Shown: positions 37,680 to 46,441 of the stretch, piece after piece
How the letters are laid out: each line of letters opens with the position of its first letter
Numbering within the stretch: the first letter of the stretch is position 1
IMG/VR virus record: IMGVR_UViG_3300008262_000052
Direction: 5' to 3' (one strand)
DNA length: 64,000 nucleotides
Source of the DNA: a virus
Taxonomy: Duplodnaviria; Heunggongvirae; Uroviricota; Caudoviricetes
Notes under the pieces: generated by a model
Databases searched by the model: none
The model's input: only the letters and a program-made list of their open reading frames with translations
What the model was told of the DNA's origin: nothing
Program-made: the position numbers and the translations under genes

Positions 37680-38279
37680 ATGATTAAGATCCAAGGCAAA
37701 CTCCCCCGCAAAGTATATCTTGCCTGCTCCGGCGGCATTGATAGTATGGCAATTTTAAATTTTCTACAAAACAATCATGATGTAACTGTATTACATTTTG
37801 ATCATAGAACCAGCAATTCTATGTACACTCTAGACTTTGTTGATGACTACTGTATTAAAAACGATATCAAATTTATCGGCGGTAAGATTCGTGAAGACAA
37901 GCCAAAAGATATGAGTCATGAAGAATTTTGGCGAGAAAAACGCTACGAGTTCTTGGACCTATTTACAGACGCACCTGTGATTACAGGACATCACTTGGAT
38001 GACTGCGTGGAAACTTGGATCTTTAGTTCGCTGCACGGTACTGGTAAAATTGTACCGTATCGTAGAAAGAACGTTATCCGTCCGTTTAGATTAAATATGA
38101 AACGTGATATTGCCTTGTGGTCTAATATGCACACGGTACCGTATGTTGAAGATCCTAGCAATGCGGATATCAAGTACACAAGAAACTATATTAGACATGA
38201 ACTAATGCCACACGCATTAAAAGTAAACCCAGGATTATACAAAACCATCAAAAAGAAGGTAATTGAAAATGGCTGTTAA
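37680..38279 (+). CDS. tilS: tRNA(Ile)-lysidine synthetase-like PP-loop ATPase (TilS N-terminal catalytic domain)
   Basis: PP-loop SGGIDS. HHLDDCVETWIF matches TilS hHLdDqaET. RPFRL..R.DIALW....H.VPYVEDPSN.D..YTRNYIRHELMP matches TilS RPLL..tR.el..wa......wieDeSN.d..y.RNflR..vvP. Start set at the internal ATG (ORF from 37644). Confidence 0.75.
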   Translation: MIKIQGKLPRKVYLACSGGIDSMAILNFLQNNHDVTVLHFDHRTSNSMYTLDFVDDYCIKNDIKFIGGKIREDKPKDMSHEEFWREKRYEFLDLFTDAPVITGHHLDDCVETWIFSSLHGTGKIVPYRRKNVIRPFRLNMKRDIALWSNMHTVPYVEDPSNADIKYTRNYIRHELMPHALKVNPGLYKTIKKKVIENGC

Positions 38280-38517
38280 AACAATTGAAACATATGTAGA
38301 CGTTGACGTAGATCTCGATGAGTTCGACGACAACGAAATAGTGGAAGAATTAAAAAACCGAGGTTATACTGTGTTAGCAGAATCCGCAGTTGATGTGGCG
38401 TTAAGCGACGAAGATCTTGAATATCTACTTACACTGCTTGACAAGCAAGACCGTAATTGGTATAATAATCGTGTAAGAGATAAAATTTTTGATCTACGTT
38501 ATCAGGGTAAACGATGA
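38263..38517 (+). CDS. hypothetical acidic protein
   Basis: 84 aa ORF. Confidence 0.4.
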   Translation: MKMAVKTIETYVDVDVDLDEFDDNEIVEELKNRGYTVLAESAVDVALSDEDLEYLLTLLDKQDRNWYNNRVRDKIFDLRYQGKR

Positions 38518-39008
38518 ACTTTATTGCACGACTTTTTGCTCCGCGGCACGAGCATGATTGGGAACTAGTAGCAGTCAACGACAAGTATCATACAACTTAT
38601 ACTGATACCAAAAAAACCAAGCATTGGCAGATACGGTTTTACAAATGCAACTGTGGCGAACGCAAGTTTAGTGACGACAGACCCTATATACACGTCGATC
38701 ACGAAGGCATAGAAAAGGCCCGAGCCAACTGGATTGATGCCGGCGTTGTTCCTAAGGATAGTTATCATCCTAGTCAAAGCCAACACTATGTTAAGATCGA
38801 TGACATTGAGCGTGAAAAACTAGATCCTATTCTTCAGTATCAAAAATCTCTTGACGAAATAAGCAAGAGTCTAAAAGTTGTAATCAACAGAGACTTTGAT
38901 CTAGAAACCAAATATCCTAAACTAAAATCTGCGGCAGACGAGTATCATTGTCAACTGGACAAATACCGTATGTTAGAGACTCTAAAAGGCGAGAGCAATG
39001 AGGCATGA
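38514..39008 (+). CDS. hypothetical protein
   Basis: ATGA-coupled. CNCGE Cys pair. Confidence 0.45.
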   Translation: MNFIARLFAPRHEHDWELVAVNDKYHTTYTDTKKTKHWQIRFYKCNCGERKFSDDRPYIHVDHEGIEKARANWIDAGVVPKDSYHPSQSQHYVKIDDIEREKLDPILQYQKSLDEISKSLKVVINRDFDLETKYPKLKSAADEYHCQLDKYRMLETLKGESNEA

Positions 39009-39204
39009 TTATTTAGAACTGAGCGAAACACTAGAAGACGATGACTATGGGTTGGTTGTTGGCAAAGACGGCAGTCTCAAAGGTATATGGGTTCCACGCG
39101 GCGAAGAACATTTAAAAGAAGTACCAAACACTATTGCAAGAATGTGTATTGAGTATTTTGGACTTGACCCTAACGACGAATCCAACTATAATACAATTCA
39201 TTGA
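38998..39204 (+). CDS. hypothetical protein
   Basis: 68 aa ORF. Confidence 0.35.
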   Translation: MRHDYLELSETLEDDDYGLVVGKDGSLKGIWVPRGEEHLKEVPNTIARMCIEYFGLDPNDESNYNTIH

Positions 39205-39214
39205 GGAGAAGATT

Positions 39215-39568
39215 ATGAACGCACAACAACCTGCACAGGGTATTTTAAAAACCAGCGAGTGGGGTGATAGCAAATGGTATCATATTCGTTGCAGTTGCGG
39301 CAATGATGATTGCTCACATGAACTGAATGTAGAAGCAGACGAAGTTGATGTTAGTGTTCATATCTATGCAAAGAACCATACTAAATGGTGGAAAATGAAC
39401 CGCTGGCAGCAAATTTGGCAAATTCTCATCAAAGGCTATGCCGAAATGGATACTACTATTGTGCTGGATGAGCAGACTGCAATTAACTATGCAGCCGCAC
39501 TTACCAGTGCAGTCACTGACGTAAAACAGTTCAAAGCCGACTATCGTGCTAAAAAGGAAGCAAAATGA
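39215..39568 (+). CDS. hypothetical protein (Cys/His-rich)
   Basis: Start at the ATG after the GAGGAG SD. CSCGNDDCSHE motif. Confidence 0.4.
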   Translation: MNAQQPAQGILKTSEWGDSKWYHIRCSCGNDDCSHELNVEADEVDVSVHIYAKNHTKWWKMNRWQQIWQILIKGYAEMDTTIVLDEQTAINYAAALTSAVTDVKQFKADYRAKKEAK

Positions 39569-39801
39569 AAAAGCATCTCTGGGATTTGGGATTCTACGCT
39601 ATTATATTCGGTCTAGCGTATTATAATACTGCACACGAAGTTGACTTGATTATGACTGCACTTATTGCTGTTCTGATCATTGGAGCAGTTCAAATTTTTT
39701 CAACTTTCCTTGCTATTGCGTGTCATGGATTGATCGGGTTCTGGAACGCAACTGTAAACTATAGCAAAAATCGAAAAGAGTACAAAGAAGATGAGATCTA
39801 A
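39565..39801 (+). CDS. small membrane protein
   Basis: Two hydrophobic helices. Confidence 0.4.
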   Translation: MKKHLWDLGFYAIIFGLAYYNTAHEVDLIMTALIAVLIIGAVQIFSTFLAIACHGLIGFWNATVNYSKNRKEYKEDEI

Positions 39802-40600
39802 TTACTGGAGTTGCAGCCGTTTTGCCGATTGGCTTCGCGGCACTGCTAAACCCAACTTCGAAACCAGCCCGGGTTGGAAGCAGTGGAAAAATCTTGCTCG
39901 TGCATCACATCCTATCCGTTATTGGATTGCCGAAGAAGGTCTGGATAAACTGCAAAACTTTGTTTGCTGGCCTACCGCTCGTTTATACAGTGTAAAGTAT
40001 TACATTGTAAATCGTTGGATTGATCAAACTCACGCACTTGTTGCTCATCCTAAGCACATTAAGCCTGGTGAGTATCGTGATATGGATACACGTATACTTT
40101 ACTGCCTGTTTGATGAACTTGTAGACTTTGTTGAAATCGAAAAAGCATATAGCGGCTATCGCTGGAGTGAAGAAAAATCCAAAGATATGCGTTGGTGGCA
40201 AGTAGGTCGTTGGCGCACTAGAACTTGGCGCAGTGCCGAAGCAGGACTTGCTCATCTTGCGTGGGAAATGACTCTTACTGACGAAGAATGGATTGACGAT
40301 AAAAGCCAAGCAAAACCCACTTACCAAGCAGAAACTGCACAAGAGATTGTTGCACTTTACCGTTGGTGGACTGAAGTATATCCTAATCGTCCCGAACCTA
40401 TGGATGCAAGCGGTTGGAGCAACTACTGTGACAATCAGCGTGAACGTGGCATCGACCTACTCGACGAAGATCCCGAAGCAGACAAGTGGGATACTGCAAA
40501 AATGCACGACACGATGCGTGAAATGGAAAAGGCTTACGAGGACGAAGATACCGAAATGCTGATCCGTCTTATTAAAATTAGAGCGAGTCTTTGGACATGA
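39791..40600 (+). CDS. hypothetical Trp-rich protein
   Basis: 269 aa ORF. Confidence 0.5.
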   Translation: MRSNYWSCSRFADWLRGTAKPNFETSPGWKQWKNLARASHPIRYWIAEEGLDKLQNFVCWPTARLYSVKYYIVNRWIDQTHALVAHPKHIKPGEYRDMDTRILYCLFDELVDFVEIEKAYSGYRWSEEKSKDMRWWQVGRWRTRTWRSAEAGLAHLAWEMTLTDEEWIDDKSQAKPTYQAETAQEIVALYRWWTEVYPNRPEPMDASGWSNYCDNQRERGIDLLDEDPEADKWDTAKMHDTMREMEKAYEDEDTEMLIRLIKIRASLWT

Positions 40601-41313
40601 ATATAGCACAACCCTTTAACGTGGTATTTTCCGTTGACGACTTTGAGACTGTCAAAAAAATTGAAACAGACCCTGTGGATACTCCGTACGATACTCTTGC
40701 GGCTGTTGTTCAACTTTCAAAAACCACATACGGCACTGAAATTTACACAAACATCTTGAGTGGAAATTACCCAGCAAATTTTGAAATTTCTTCAGAATCA
40801 TATGAACGTGCTGATCAAGTTCGTAAACACTTTCAAAACAATTTCATGTTACGTAGACTTAAAAATCAACACATGAGCGAGTGGATGAAAACTGTTGATC
40901 AAGCACTGTACTCGCCACGTAAGATCAAAAAAGAATGGCTGGCTCCGCTGATCACACTTCCTGGCTTTCATGACGAGAGTGTTGCTACTGTTGAGATTTT
41001 TAAAAATGTACAATCAATCAATCCGCATAGTATCCCTGGTTACTTTGCCGGCGAAATTGAGTTTGTAGGTAAAGTACACAGAACTGCAAAGCGTGAAAAC
41101 ATGTGGCGTTACTACTTTAAAGATCGTCACAATCACCTTATGGTACTAAACTTGGAGTCTTATAGTCCAGCAATTCCTGTGTGGGACTACTTGATTGCTG
41201 CTGGACGTAGTATCGAGATCGAAGCCACTGTTGCGTATAACAAGCATCCTGCTCACGACGCATTACATTATAGATTAACACCGGATTATAAAATTGTCAA
41301 AATTAACAGTTGA
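40591..41313 (+). CDS. hypothetical protein
   Basis: 240 aa ORF. Confidence 0.5.
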   Translation: MDMNIAQPFNVVFSVDDFETVKKIETDPVDTPYDTLAAVVQLSKTTYGTEIYTNILSGNYPANFEISSESYERADQVRKHFQNNFMLRRLKNQHMSEWMKTVDQALYSPRKIKKEWLAPLITLPGFHDESVATVEIFKNVQSINPHSIPGYFAGEIEFVGKVHRTAKRENMWRYYFKDRHNHLMVLNLESYSPAIPVWDYLIAAGRSIEIEATVAYNKHPAHDALHYRLTPDYKIVKINS

Positions 41314-41536
41314 ACAACTTGCAGATCTAGCACAAGAAGCAGAATTCAAAGACCCTATTGATTGGGGTATGTTGCCAATTGAAGAGTCTGCGGCTTATCG
41401 CTTGATGGCTAACAGTGTTGTAGAGCAGTTTAACGACATCAACGACAGCGACATGCTGACTGTTGCTATGGCAACTATTACAAAACTACTTGTAGAAAAC
41501 TTTGTCCTTAACTATCAATTGGAGAAACGTAAATGA
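41294..41536 (+). CDS. hypothetical protein
   Basis: 80 aa ORF. Confidence 0.4.
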   Translation: MSKLTVEQLADLAQEAEFKDPIDWGMLPIEESAAYRLMANSVVEQFNDINDSDMLTVAMATITKLLVENFVLNYQLEKRK

Positions 41537-41943
41537 AAATCGGAACCAGTCTTAGCCGTTGCGTAAAGGATATTTACGAAGACACTGTACACATTGATGA
41601 AGTATTAGTAGTCATCGCCCGTACAGATTTTGATCCAGAAGACGACAAACAATGGACTGGTATTTGGGAAGGTTATGCTGGCGGTAATGGTCTTGGAAGT
41701 ATGTACAGTCAGCCCGAATGGAGCAACATTCCTGCAGAGGATGAACAGGCTGTTCGTGATATTTGTATTAGTTTGAAAAACGAAGGGAAGATGCATCAAC
41801 CGCGACAGTATGGTGCTCATCCGCCTCGTATGAATCACTACTGGTATGATGTAATGTTAACACCTGAGAATCTAGAAACAAACCTAGCTGCTAAAAAAGC
41901 ATGGGAAAATTACAAACTCCTAGCGGAATTAACTTATAAATAA
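41533..41943 (+). CDS. hypothetical protein
   Basis: 136 aa ORF. Confidence 0.45.
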   Translation: MKIGTSLSRCVKDIYEDTVHIDEVLVVIARTDFDPEDDKQWTGIWEGYAGGNGLGSMYSQPEWSNIPAEDEQAVRDICISLKNEGKMHQPRQYGAHPPRMNHYWYDVMLTPENLETNLAAKKAWENYKLLAELTYK

Positions 41944-41959
41944 ACCGAAGGAGATTGAA

Positions 41960-42466
41960 ATGCTTAACACCGGACATATCGAACCAAATTGGAATATTGA
42001 GGACTTTAAAACTCTCAATTACAAGTTCGATACACACAAGGACGACAGATTACTCAATGAGTATGCCAGCCACGGGCATAGCAAAATGTATATGACTCTG
42101 TGGAACTATTTCCAACCAAATCCTATGCCCGAGTCTGTTGACAATTATATCATTCCTGCATTTGATCATTTGGATCATATTGCAATAGCAATTAACTTGT
42201 TCAAGCCCGGACAGTATCTTCCTATGCACGTTGATTTGTTTGGCAGATACAAGCAAGTCAACAAACTCAACAACGAAGAAGTTACTCGTATTATCATCAT
42301 GCTTGAAGACAGCCAGCCGGGACAGGTATCGCAGGCCTGCGGAAAAACATTTGGCGAGTGGTGTGCAGGTGATTGGATACAGTGGGACAGCGATGATCCA
42401 CATGCTGTTTACAATCTAAGTATGCACGATAGATACGCTATTCAACTTACTGGAACCAAGAGATAA
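41960..42466 (+). CDS. cupin / 2OG-Fe(II)-oxygenase-like protein
   Basis: PMHVDLF (HxD) with a distal His (DDPHAVYNLSMHD), compatible with the HxD...H facial triad. Confidence 0.35.
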   Translation: MLNTGHIEPNWNIEDFKTLNYKFDTHKDDRLLNEYASHGHSKMYMTLWNYFQPNPMPESVDNYIIPAFDHLDHIAIAINLFKPGQYLPMHVDLFGRYKQVNKLNNEEVTRIIIMLEDSQPGQVSQACGKTFGEWCAGDWIQWDSDDPHAVYNLSMHDRYAIQLTGTKR

Positions 42467-42472
42467 TTTCTC

Positions 42473-42503
42473 TTGACAATGCTTTAGACTTGCTGTATAA
42501 ATA
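42473..42503 (+). promoter_or_regulatory. sigma70-like promoter overlapping a T4-late-like TATAAATA box
   Basis: TTGACA at 42473, N17, then TATAAATA at 42496-42503. ATG of the downstream gene at 42523. Confidence 0.55.
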
Positions 42504-42522
42504 TATCGAAAGCGAGGCTATC

Positions 42523-43011
42523 ATGAAAACACTACTTCTTTCTGCTGCTCTTATTGCCACTGCATCTTCAGCAACTGCTGAAACAGTTAATGCTCGTGTT
42601 ACCGAAGTCATTACAAACTATACCTATATTTCGCATCCTGTCGAAGTAGAATACTGCTACGATGTGGAAGTGCCGGTATATGGTCGTGTACAAGGTGGAA
42701 GCACTGGTGACGTTCTTGCTGGTGCGCTAATTGGCGGTGCAATTGGTAATCAATTTGGCGGCGGTTCTGGTAAAGATGCTATGACTGTACTTGGCGCTAT
42801 TGTTGGTGCTGATGTAGCAGGTCGCCAAGGCAATCGTCAAGCAGTGGTAGGATATCGTACCGAAGTTCAGTGCAAGTATCATACCGAGTATCAGGATGAA
42901 CAGGTAGTAGATGGCTACATTGTTTATTATCGCTACGGCGATCATGTTGGCTCTGTAATGACAGATCGTCGTTACAAAGTTGGTCAACGTATTCAAATTA
43001 CTTTCCGCTAA
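42523..43011 (+). CDS. secreted glycine-zipper (Rick_17kDa-like) outer-membrane protein
   Basis: Signal peptide MKTLLLSAALIATASSATA. GALIGGAIGNQFGGGSGKDAMTVLGAIVGADVAG glycine zipper. Confidence 0.5.
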   Translation: MKTLLLSAALIATASSATAETVNARVTEVITNYTYISHPVEVEYCYDVEVPVYGRVQGGSTGDVLAGALIGGAIGNQFGGGSGKDAMTVLGAIVGADVAGRQGNRQAVVGYRTEVQCKYHTEYQDEQVVDGYIVYYRYGDHVGSVMTDRRYKVGQRIQITFR

Positions 43012-43026
43012 CAAGGTCTCAAAATT

Positions 43027-43221
43027 ATGAGTTACAAAGTCGATACACTGATCGCCATGATGGACGAAGTTTTAATGCGCCTCGATCGTATAGAACGTAA
43101 ACTGTCGGGAGAAGATGTAAAGTTTTTTTCCGGCGTTGAACCGATCAAGCAGGTAGAAAAACCAGCACTTTCTATTGTAAAAACCAAAGACGAAAACGTA
43201 GTAGATTTTAGGAGAGATTAG
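43027..43221 (+). CDS. hypothetical protein
   Basis: 64 aa ORF. Confidence 0.35.
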   Translation: MSYKVDTLIAMMDEVLMRLDRIERKLSGEDVKFFSGVEPIKQVEKPALSIVKTKDENVVDFRRD

Positions 43222-44348
43222 TGGACGCAATTTATCAGTACATTCGCAACAATACATTCGAACGTCCGACACTGATTCTTGACATTGATCTTGTAGAAGA
43301 AAATTATCTAAACCTAAAAGCAGGTATGCCAGATGCTCATGTGCATTATGCAGTAAAGAGCAATCCGCATCCTGCTATTCTACAACGTCTTGTCGAACTA
43401 GGTTGTAGATTTGATGCTGCTAGTATGGGTGAGATTGAAATGTGTCTTGCTGCCGGTGCAGAACCAGAACACATTAGTTTTGGTAATACTGTAAAACGTT
43501 GGCAAGATATCGAATACGCATACAGAAACGATATTACATTGTTTTCTGCAGATGCTGAAGAAGAACTGGAAAAAATTGCACGTCATGCACCCAACTCACG
43601 TGTGTTTATTCGTGTGCTGATTGGGCAAACCGAAGCAGAATGGCCACTGTCACGCAAGTTCGGTTGTGATCCTGCTATGGCATTAGGCCTTATGGGCTAT
43701 GCAAAAGAACTAGGACTTGAACCAGTTGGTATCAGTTGGCACATTGGTTCGCAAACCAAACATCCTGAGATGTGGTATGACACACTAGAGTTGATGGGTA
43801 ATCTTTGGGACGAAATCTCTCAGTGCGGTTACGAACTTACACTGGTAAACATCGGCGGAGGCTTTCCTGCCTACTACGGTGTAGAAATTACACCTCCTGA
43901 AGAATACGGCAAAAAACTAATGGATCGTGTTCGTAAGCAGTTTCCAGGAGCCAACTACATTATGGTAGAACCTGGTCGCGGCTTAGTAGGCAGCGCAGGT
44001 TGCATTGCCTCAGAAGTATTGTTGGCAAGTAAGAAGTCATCAATGGATGTGGTTCGTTGGGTATACCTAAACGTAGGTAGATTTAGTGGTCTTGCAGAAA
44101 CAGAAGGCGAAGCAATCAAGTATCAATTTACTGTGCTAGGCAAAGAAAATTCTCCAACAGGTCCTTGTATACTTGCTGGTCCAACCTGTGATAGTGCCGA
44201 TGTAATGTATGAAAGAAACAAAGTACAATTACCAATTGACATTGAGAGTGGAGATGTGTTAGTAATTAACAGTTGCGGTGCTTACACAAGCACATACAGC
44301 ACTATAGCATTTAACGGCTTTCCGCCTCTAGAAGTAAAGGTAGTATAA
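43221..44348 (+). CDS. PLP-dependent fold-III decarboxylase (carboxynorspermidine/ornithine/DAP decarboxylase family)
   Basis: HYAVKSNPH (PLP Lys in the AVKSN motif). GGGFPAYY. 375 aa fits carboxynorspermidine decarboxylase size. Confidence 0.75.
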   Translation: MDAIYQYIRNNTFERPTLILDIDLVEENYLNLKAGMPDAHVHYAVKSNPHPAILQRLVELGCRFDAASMGEIEMCLAAGAEPEHISFGNTVKRWQDIEYAYRNDITLFSADAEEELEKIARHAPNSRVFIRVLIGQTEAEWPLSRKFGCDPAMALGLMGYAKELGLEPVGISWHIGSQTKHPEMWYDTLELMGNLWDEISQCGYELTLVNIGGGFPAYYGVEITPPEEYGKKLMDRVRKQFPGANYIMVEPGRGLVGSAGCIASEVLLASKKSSMDVVRWVYLNVGRFSGLAETEGEAIKYQFTVLGKENSPTGPCILAGPTCDSADVMYERNKVQLPIDIESGDVLVINSCGAYTSTYSTIAFNGFPPLEVKVV

Positions 44349-44573
44349 ATGGAAGTTTTAATTTGGTTGTGGGCACTTACGGGTGTAGGACATTTTGTGT
44401 ATGATTGGTTCAAAGGCGAAGACAGTTTGCGAGAAGCAAAAGATGTTCTTTCAACTGGTAACTTTATTATCGAATTTGTACTAAATTTTGTTGTTTTTGT
44501 ACTCGGCGGCCCGGTGTGGTTTGCTTACTCACTTTACAAAAAGTGGAAAGACAATCAACCGTTTACACCCTAA
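44349..44573 (+). CDS. small membrane protein
   Basis: Two TM helices. Confidence 0.4.
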   Translation: MEVLIWLWALTGVGHFVYDWFKGEDSLREAKDVLSTGNFIIEFVLNFVVFVLGGPVWFAYSLYKKWKDNQPFTP

Positions 44574-44624
44574 GTTGTTGAAACAAAAAGATAAATAAAA
44601 TTGTTCAAAACTGAAAAAAAGTTG

Positions 44625-44653
44625 TTGACAAGAGATAAATAAACTAGTATAAC
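44625..44653 (+). promoter_or_regulatory. sigma70-like promoter TTGACA-N17-TATAAC
   Basis: Drives a roughly 190-nt unit that ends at the terminator at 44813. Confidence 0.5.
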
Positions 44654-44812
44654 TACAATATAAGTTAAACAAACAAGAAAGACACTGAACTATGAAACTC
44701 GTTATTAAACATATGTTTGAGATTAGAAGCATTGAAAAATGCCGCGAGTATCGCTTTGGCGTCTCGGAGGGTTTGCGAAACTAACGTGTAGTATATACAC
44801 AAGTTTCCGAAA

Positions 44813-44844
44813 CACCCTCCACCCAAAAGGTAGGAGGGTTTTTT
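44813..44844 (+). terminator. rho-independent terminator
   Basis: CCCTCC-ACCCAAAAGGTA-GGAGGG followed by TTTTTT. Confidence 0.75.
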
Positions 44845-45067
44845 AATGATCAAAGTGGAAATGCGGAACGAGACTGCGAGTAACCACTATAAACAAACTC
44901 AAATGGGCGTGCTTGAGGATGAAACGACTGGTGGTAACGGCGGAGTAAAAATCTAGCGTAGCAAATTCTATTTTCACATGCACAAGCAGAATTGGTGTAA
45001 ATCCGGCTCGGATCTCACTTACGTGGTGGGTCTCCTAACTTGGGGTTGTGGAGTTGAAAATAGAATT

Positions 45068-45151
45068 GGTCGGTGGCCCGGATGGTAAGGGGATGGACTG
45101 CAACTCCATAGCACTGCAAAGTAATGTGTTCGATTCACATACCGACCTCCA
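45068..45151 (+). tRNA. tRNA-Cys(GCA)-like, atypical
   Basis: Acceptor GGTCGGT/ACCGACC. Anticodon arm ATGGA-CTGCAAC-TCCAT. T-arm ATGTG-TTCGATT-CACAT. Encoded CCA. The 14-nt variable region is unusual for Cys. Confidence 0.35.
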
Positions 45152-45206
45152 AACAATGATGTGGTAGCACAACGGTATTCGAATCCAGCCTACATCACCA
45201 AACTAT

Positions 45207-45283
45207 GGGACATTGGACTTCTTGGCGAAGGTCGCCGCCCTTTCAAGGCGGAGAAACGGGTTCGAAACCCGTATGTCCTACCA
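45207..45283 (+). tRNA. tRNA-Glu(TTC)
   Basis: Anticodon arm CCGCC-CTTTCAA-GGCGG as in alphaproteobacterial tRNA-Glu. T-arm ACGGG-TTCGAAA-CCCGT. Encoded CCA. Confidence 0.7.
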
Positions 45284-45289
45284 AAATAA

Positions 45290-45374
45290 GGGAGAGACGC
45301 CTCAAGGTGAGGCAGTGGACTGTAACTCCATCGCGGCAACGCACGGACGGGTTCGATTCCCTCCTCTCCCACCA
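45290..45374 (+). tRNA. tRNA-Tyr(GTA)
   Basis: Anticodon loop CTGTAAC. Long variable arm (GCG-GCAA-CGC). Acceptor GGGAGAG/CTCTCCC. T-stem with 2 mismatches. CCA encoded. Confidence 0.65.
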
Positions 45375-45380
45375 AAATAT

Positions 45381-45456
<76 letters not shown>

Positions 45457-45501
45457 TAATTGTTTTTTTGTTATAAATATTCTAGTATTTAGGAGAACAT
45501 A

Positions 45502-45945
45502 ATGAAAAAAATACTTTTAACTGTAGCACTGATTGTTGCTGCATCCACTGCATTTGCTGAAGTAAAAAAGCCAACTGGTGTAGCACACGACTTAAAAATT
45601 CTACGTGTAGTAGATGGTGATACAGTTGAATTTGAAGCAAAGTTCTTGCTAGATCCACTTCCGAAGAAACTATCACTTCGTGTATGGGGCGTAGATACAC
45701 CTGAAAAAGGTGGCAGAGCAGAATGTAAAAAAGAAGGCGACATGGGTGATGCTGCAAGTAAATTTACAAAAGATTTAGTTGCAAAAGCCAAGACTACTCA
45801 AATTGTATTTTATGAGTGGGACAAGTTCGGCGGCAGAGTGCTAGGTGATGTTCTTATCGACGGTAAGAGCCTAACACAGATGCTTATTGAACAAGGTTAT
45901 GCTAGAGAATACTACGGCGACAAAAAGCAGTCGTGGTGTAACTAA
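45502..45945 (+). CDS. secreted staphylococcal-nuclease (SNase/thermonuclease) homologue
   Basis: Signal peptide. VVDGDTV. RVWGVDTPEKGG matches the SNase catalytic block (RLxGIDAPE). TATAAATA box at 45472 upstream. Confidence 0.75.
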   Translation: MKKILLTVALIVAASTAFAEVKKPTGVAHDLKILRVVDGDTVEFEAKFLLDPLPKKLSLRVWGVDTPEKGGRAECKKEGDMGDAASKFTKDLVAKAKTTQIVFYEWDKFGGRVLGDVLIDGKSLTQMLIEQGYAREYYGDKKQSWCN

Positions 45946-45964
45946 CAAACATACAACTATTAAT

Positions 45965-46042
45965 GCACCGGTAGCTCAGCCAGGTTAGAGCCGCGGACTC
46001 TTAATCCGAAGGTCGTGGGTTCAACTCCCACCCGGTACACCA
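45965..46042 (+). tRNA. tRNA-Lys(CTT)
   Basis: Anticodon loop CTCTTAA. T-arm GTGGG-TTCAACT-CCCAC. One acceptor mismatch and a 27:43 mismatch. CCA encoded. Confidence 0.7.
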
Positions 46043-46101
46043 ATTCAAGGAACAAAAATGAAACGAAAACGTAACAAAGAAGAAAGCGACAAACGAAACG
46101 T

Positions 46102-46177
46102 GGACCGGTAGCTGAGGTGGTTTTAGCACCCGACTTTTAATCGGAGTACGTGGGTTCGAATCCCACCCGGTTCACCA
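46102..46177 (+). tRNA. tRNA-Lys(TTT)
   Basis: Anticodon loop CTTTTAA. T-arm GTGGG-TTCGAAT-CCCAC. 27:43 C:A mismatch. CCA encoded. Confidence 0.75.
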
Positions 46178-46278
46178 TTGGTTTGATGATACACTGAGTG
46201 GCATTTAGGCCGCCACATAAAATAAACCTATCGGACCAGAAATGGTATTGGTCAGTGTATCTTCTAAACAATGAATAT

Positions 46279-46353
46279 TGCCTCTTAGCTCAGTGGTAGA
46301 GCAATCCCCTGATAAGGGATAGGTCACTAGTTCAAATCTAGTAGGGGCAACCA
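46279..46353 (+). tRNA. tRNA-Ile(GAT)
   Basis: Anticodon arm ATCCC-CTGATAA-GGGAT. T-arm ACTAG-TTCAAAT-CTAGT. CCA encoded. Confidence 0.75.
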
Positions 46354-46360
46354 GAATAAT

Positions 46361-46435
46361 GCCGTGCTTGGTGTAAGGGTAGCATACCGCACTGTGACTG
46401 CGTCGGAATAGGTTCAAATCCTATACACGGTACCA
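46361..46435 (+). tRNA. tRNA-His(GTG), irregular acceptor/D region
   Basis: Anticodon loop CTGTGAC. T-arm ATAGG-TTCAAAT-CCTAT. Discriminator A and no G-1, as in many alphaproteobacteria. Confidence 0.55.
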
Positions 46436-46441
46436 AACGAT

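Noticed and set aside
37680-38279. QueC (7-cyano-7-deazaguanine synthase) assignment for the SGGIDS PP-loop protein. This was attractive because of the neighbouring DGQHR/DpdB-like gene.
   Set aside because: The downstream motifs (HHLDDCVET, RPF..., EDPSN, RNYIRHELMP) follow the TilS N-domain pattern, not QueC. QueC's zinc-binding Cys cluster is absent.
44850-45067. tmRNA gene.
   Set aside because: No tRNA-Ala-like acceptor/T-arm ending in CCA and no ANDENYALAA-type tag reading frame were found.
45159-45200. A second complete tRNA between tRNA-Cys-like and tRNA-Glu.
   Set aside because: Only an acceptor-like stem (GATGTGG/CCTACATC), a T-arm-like TTCGAAT segment and CCA are present. There are no D or anticodon arms. 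It is probably a truncated tRNA remnant or minihelix.
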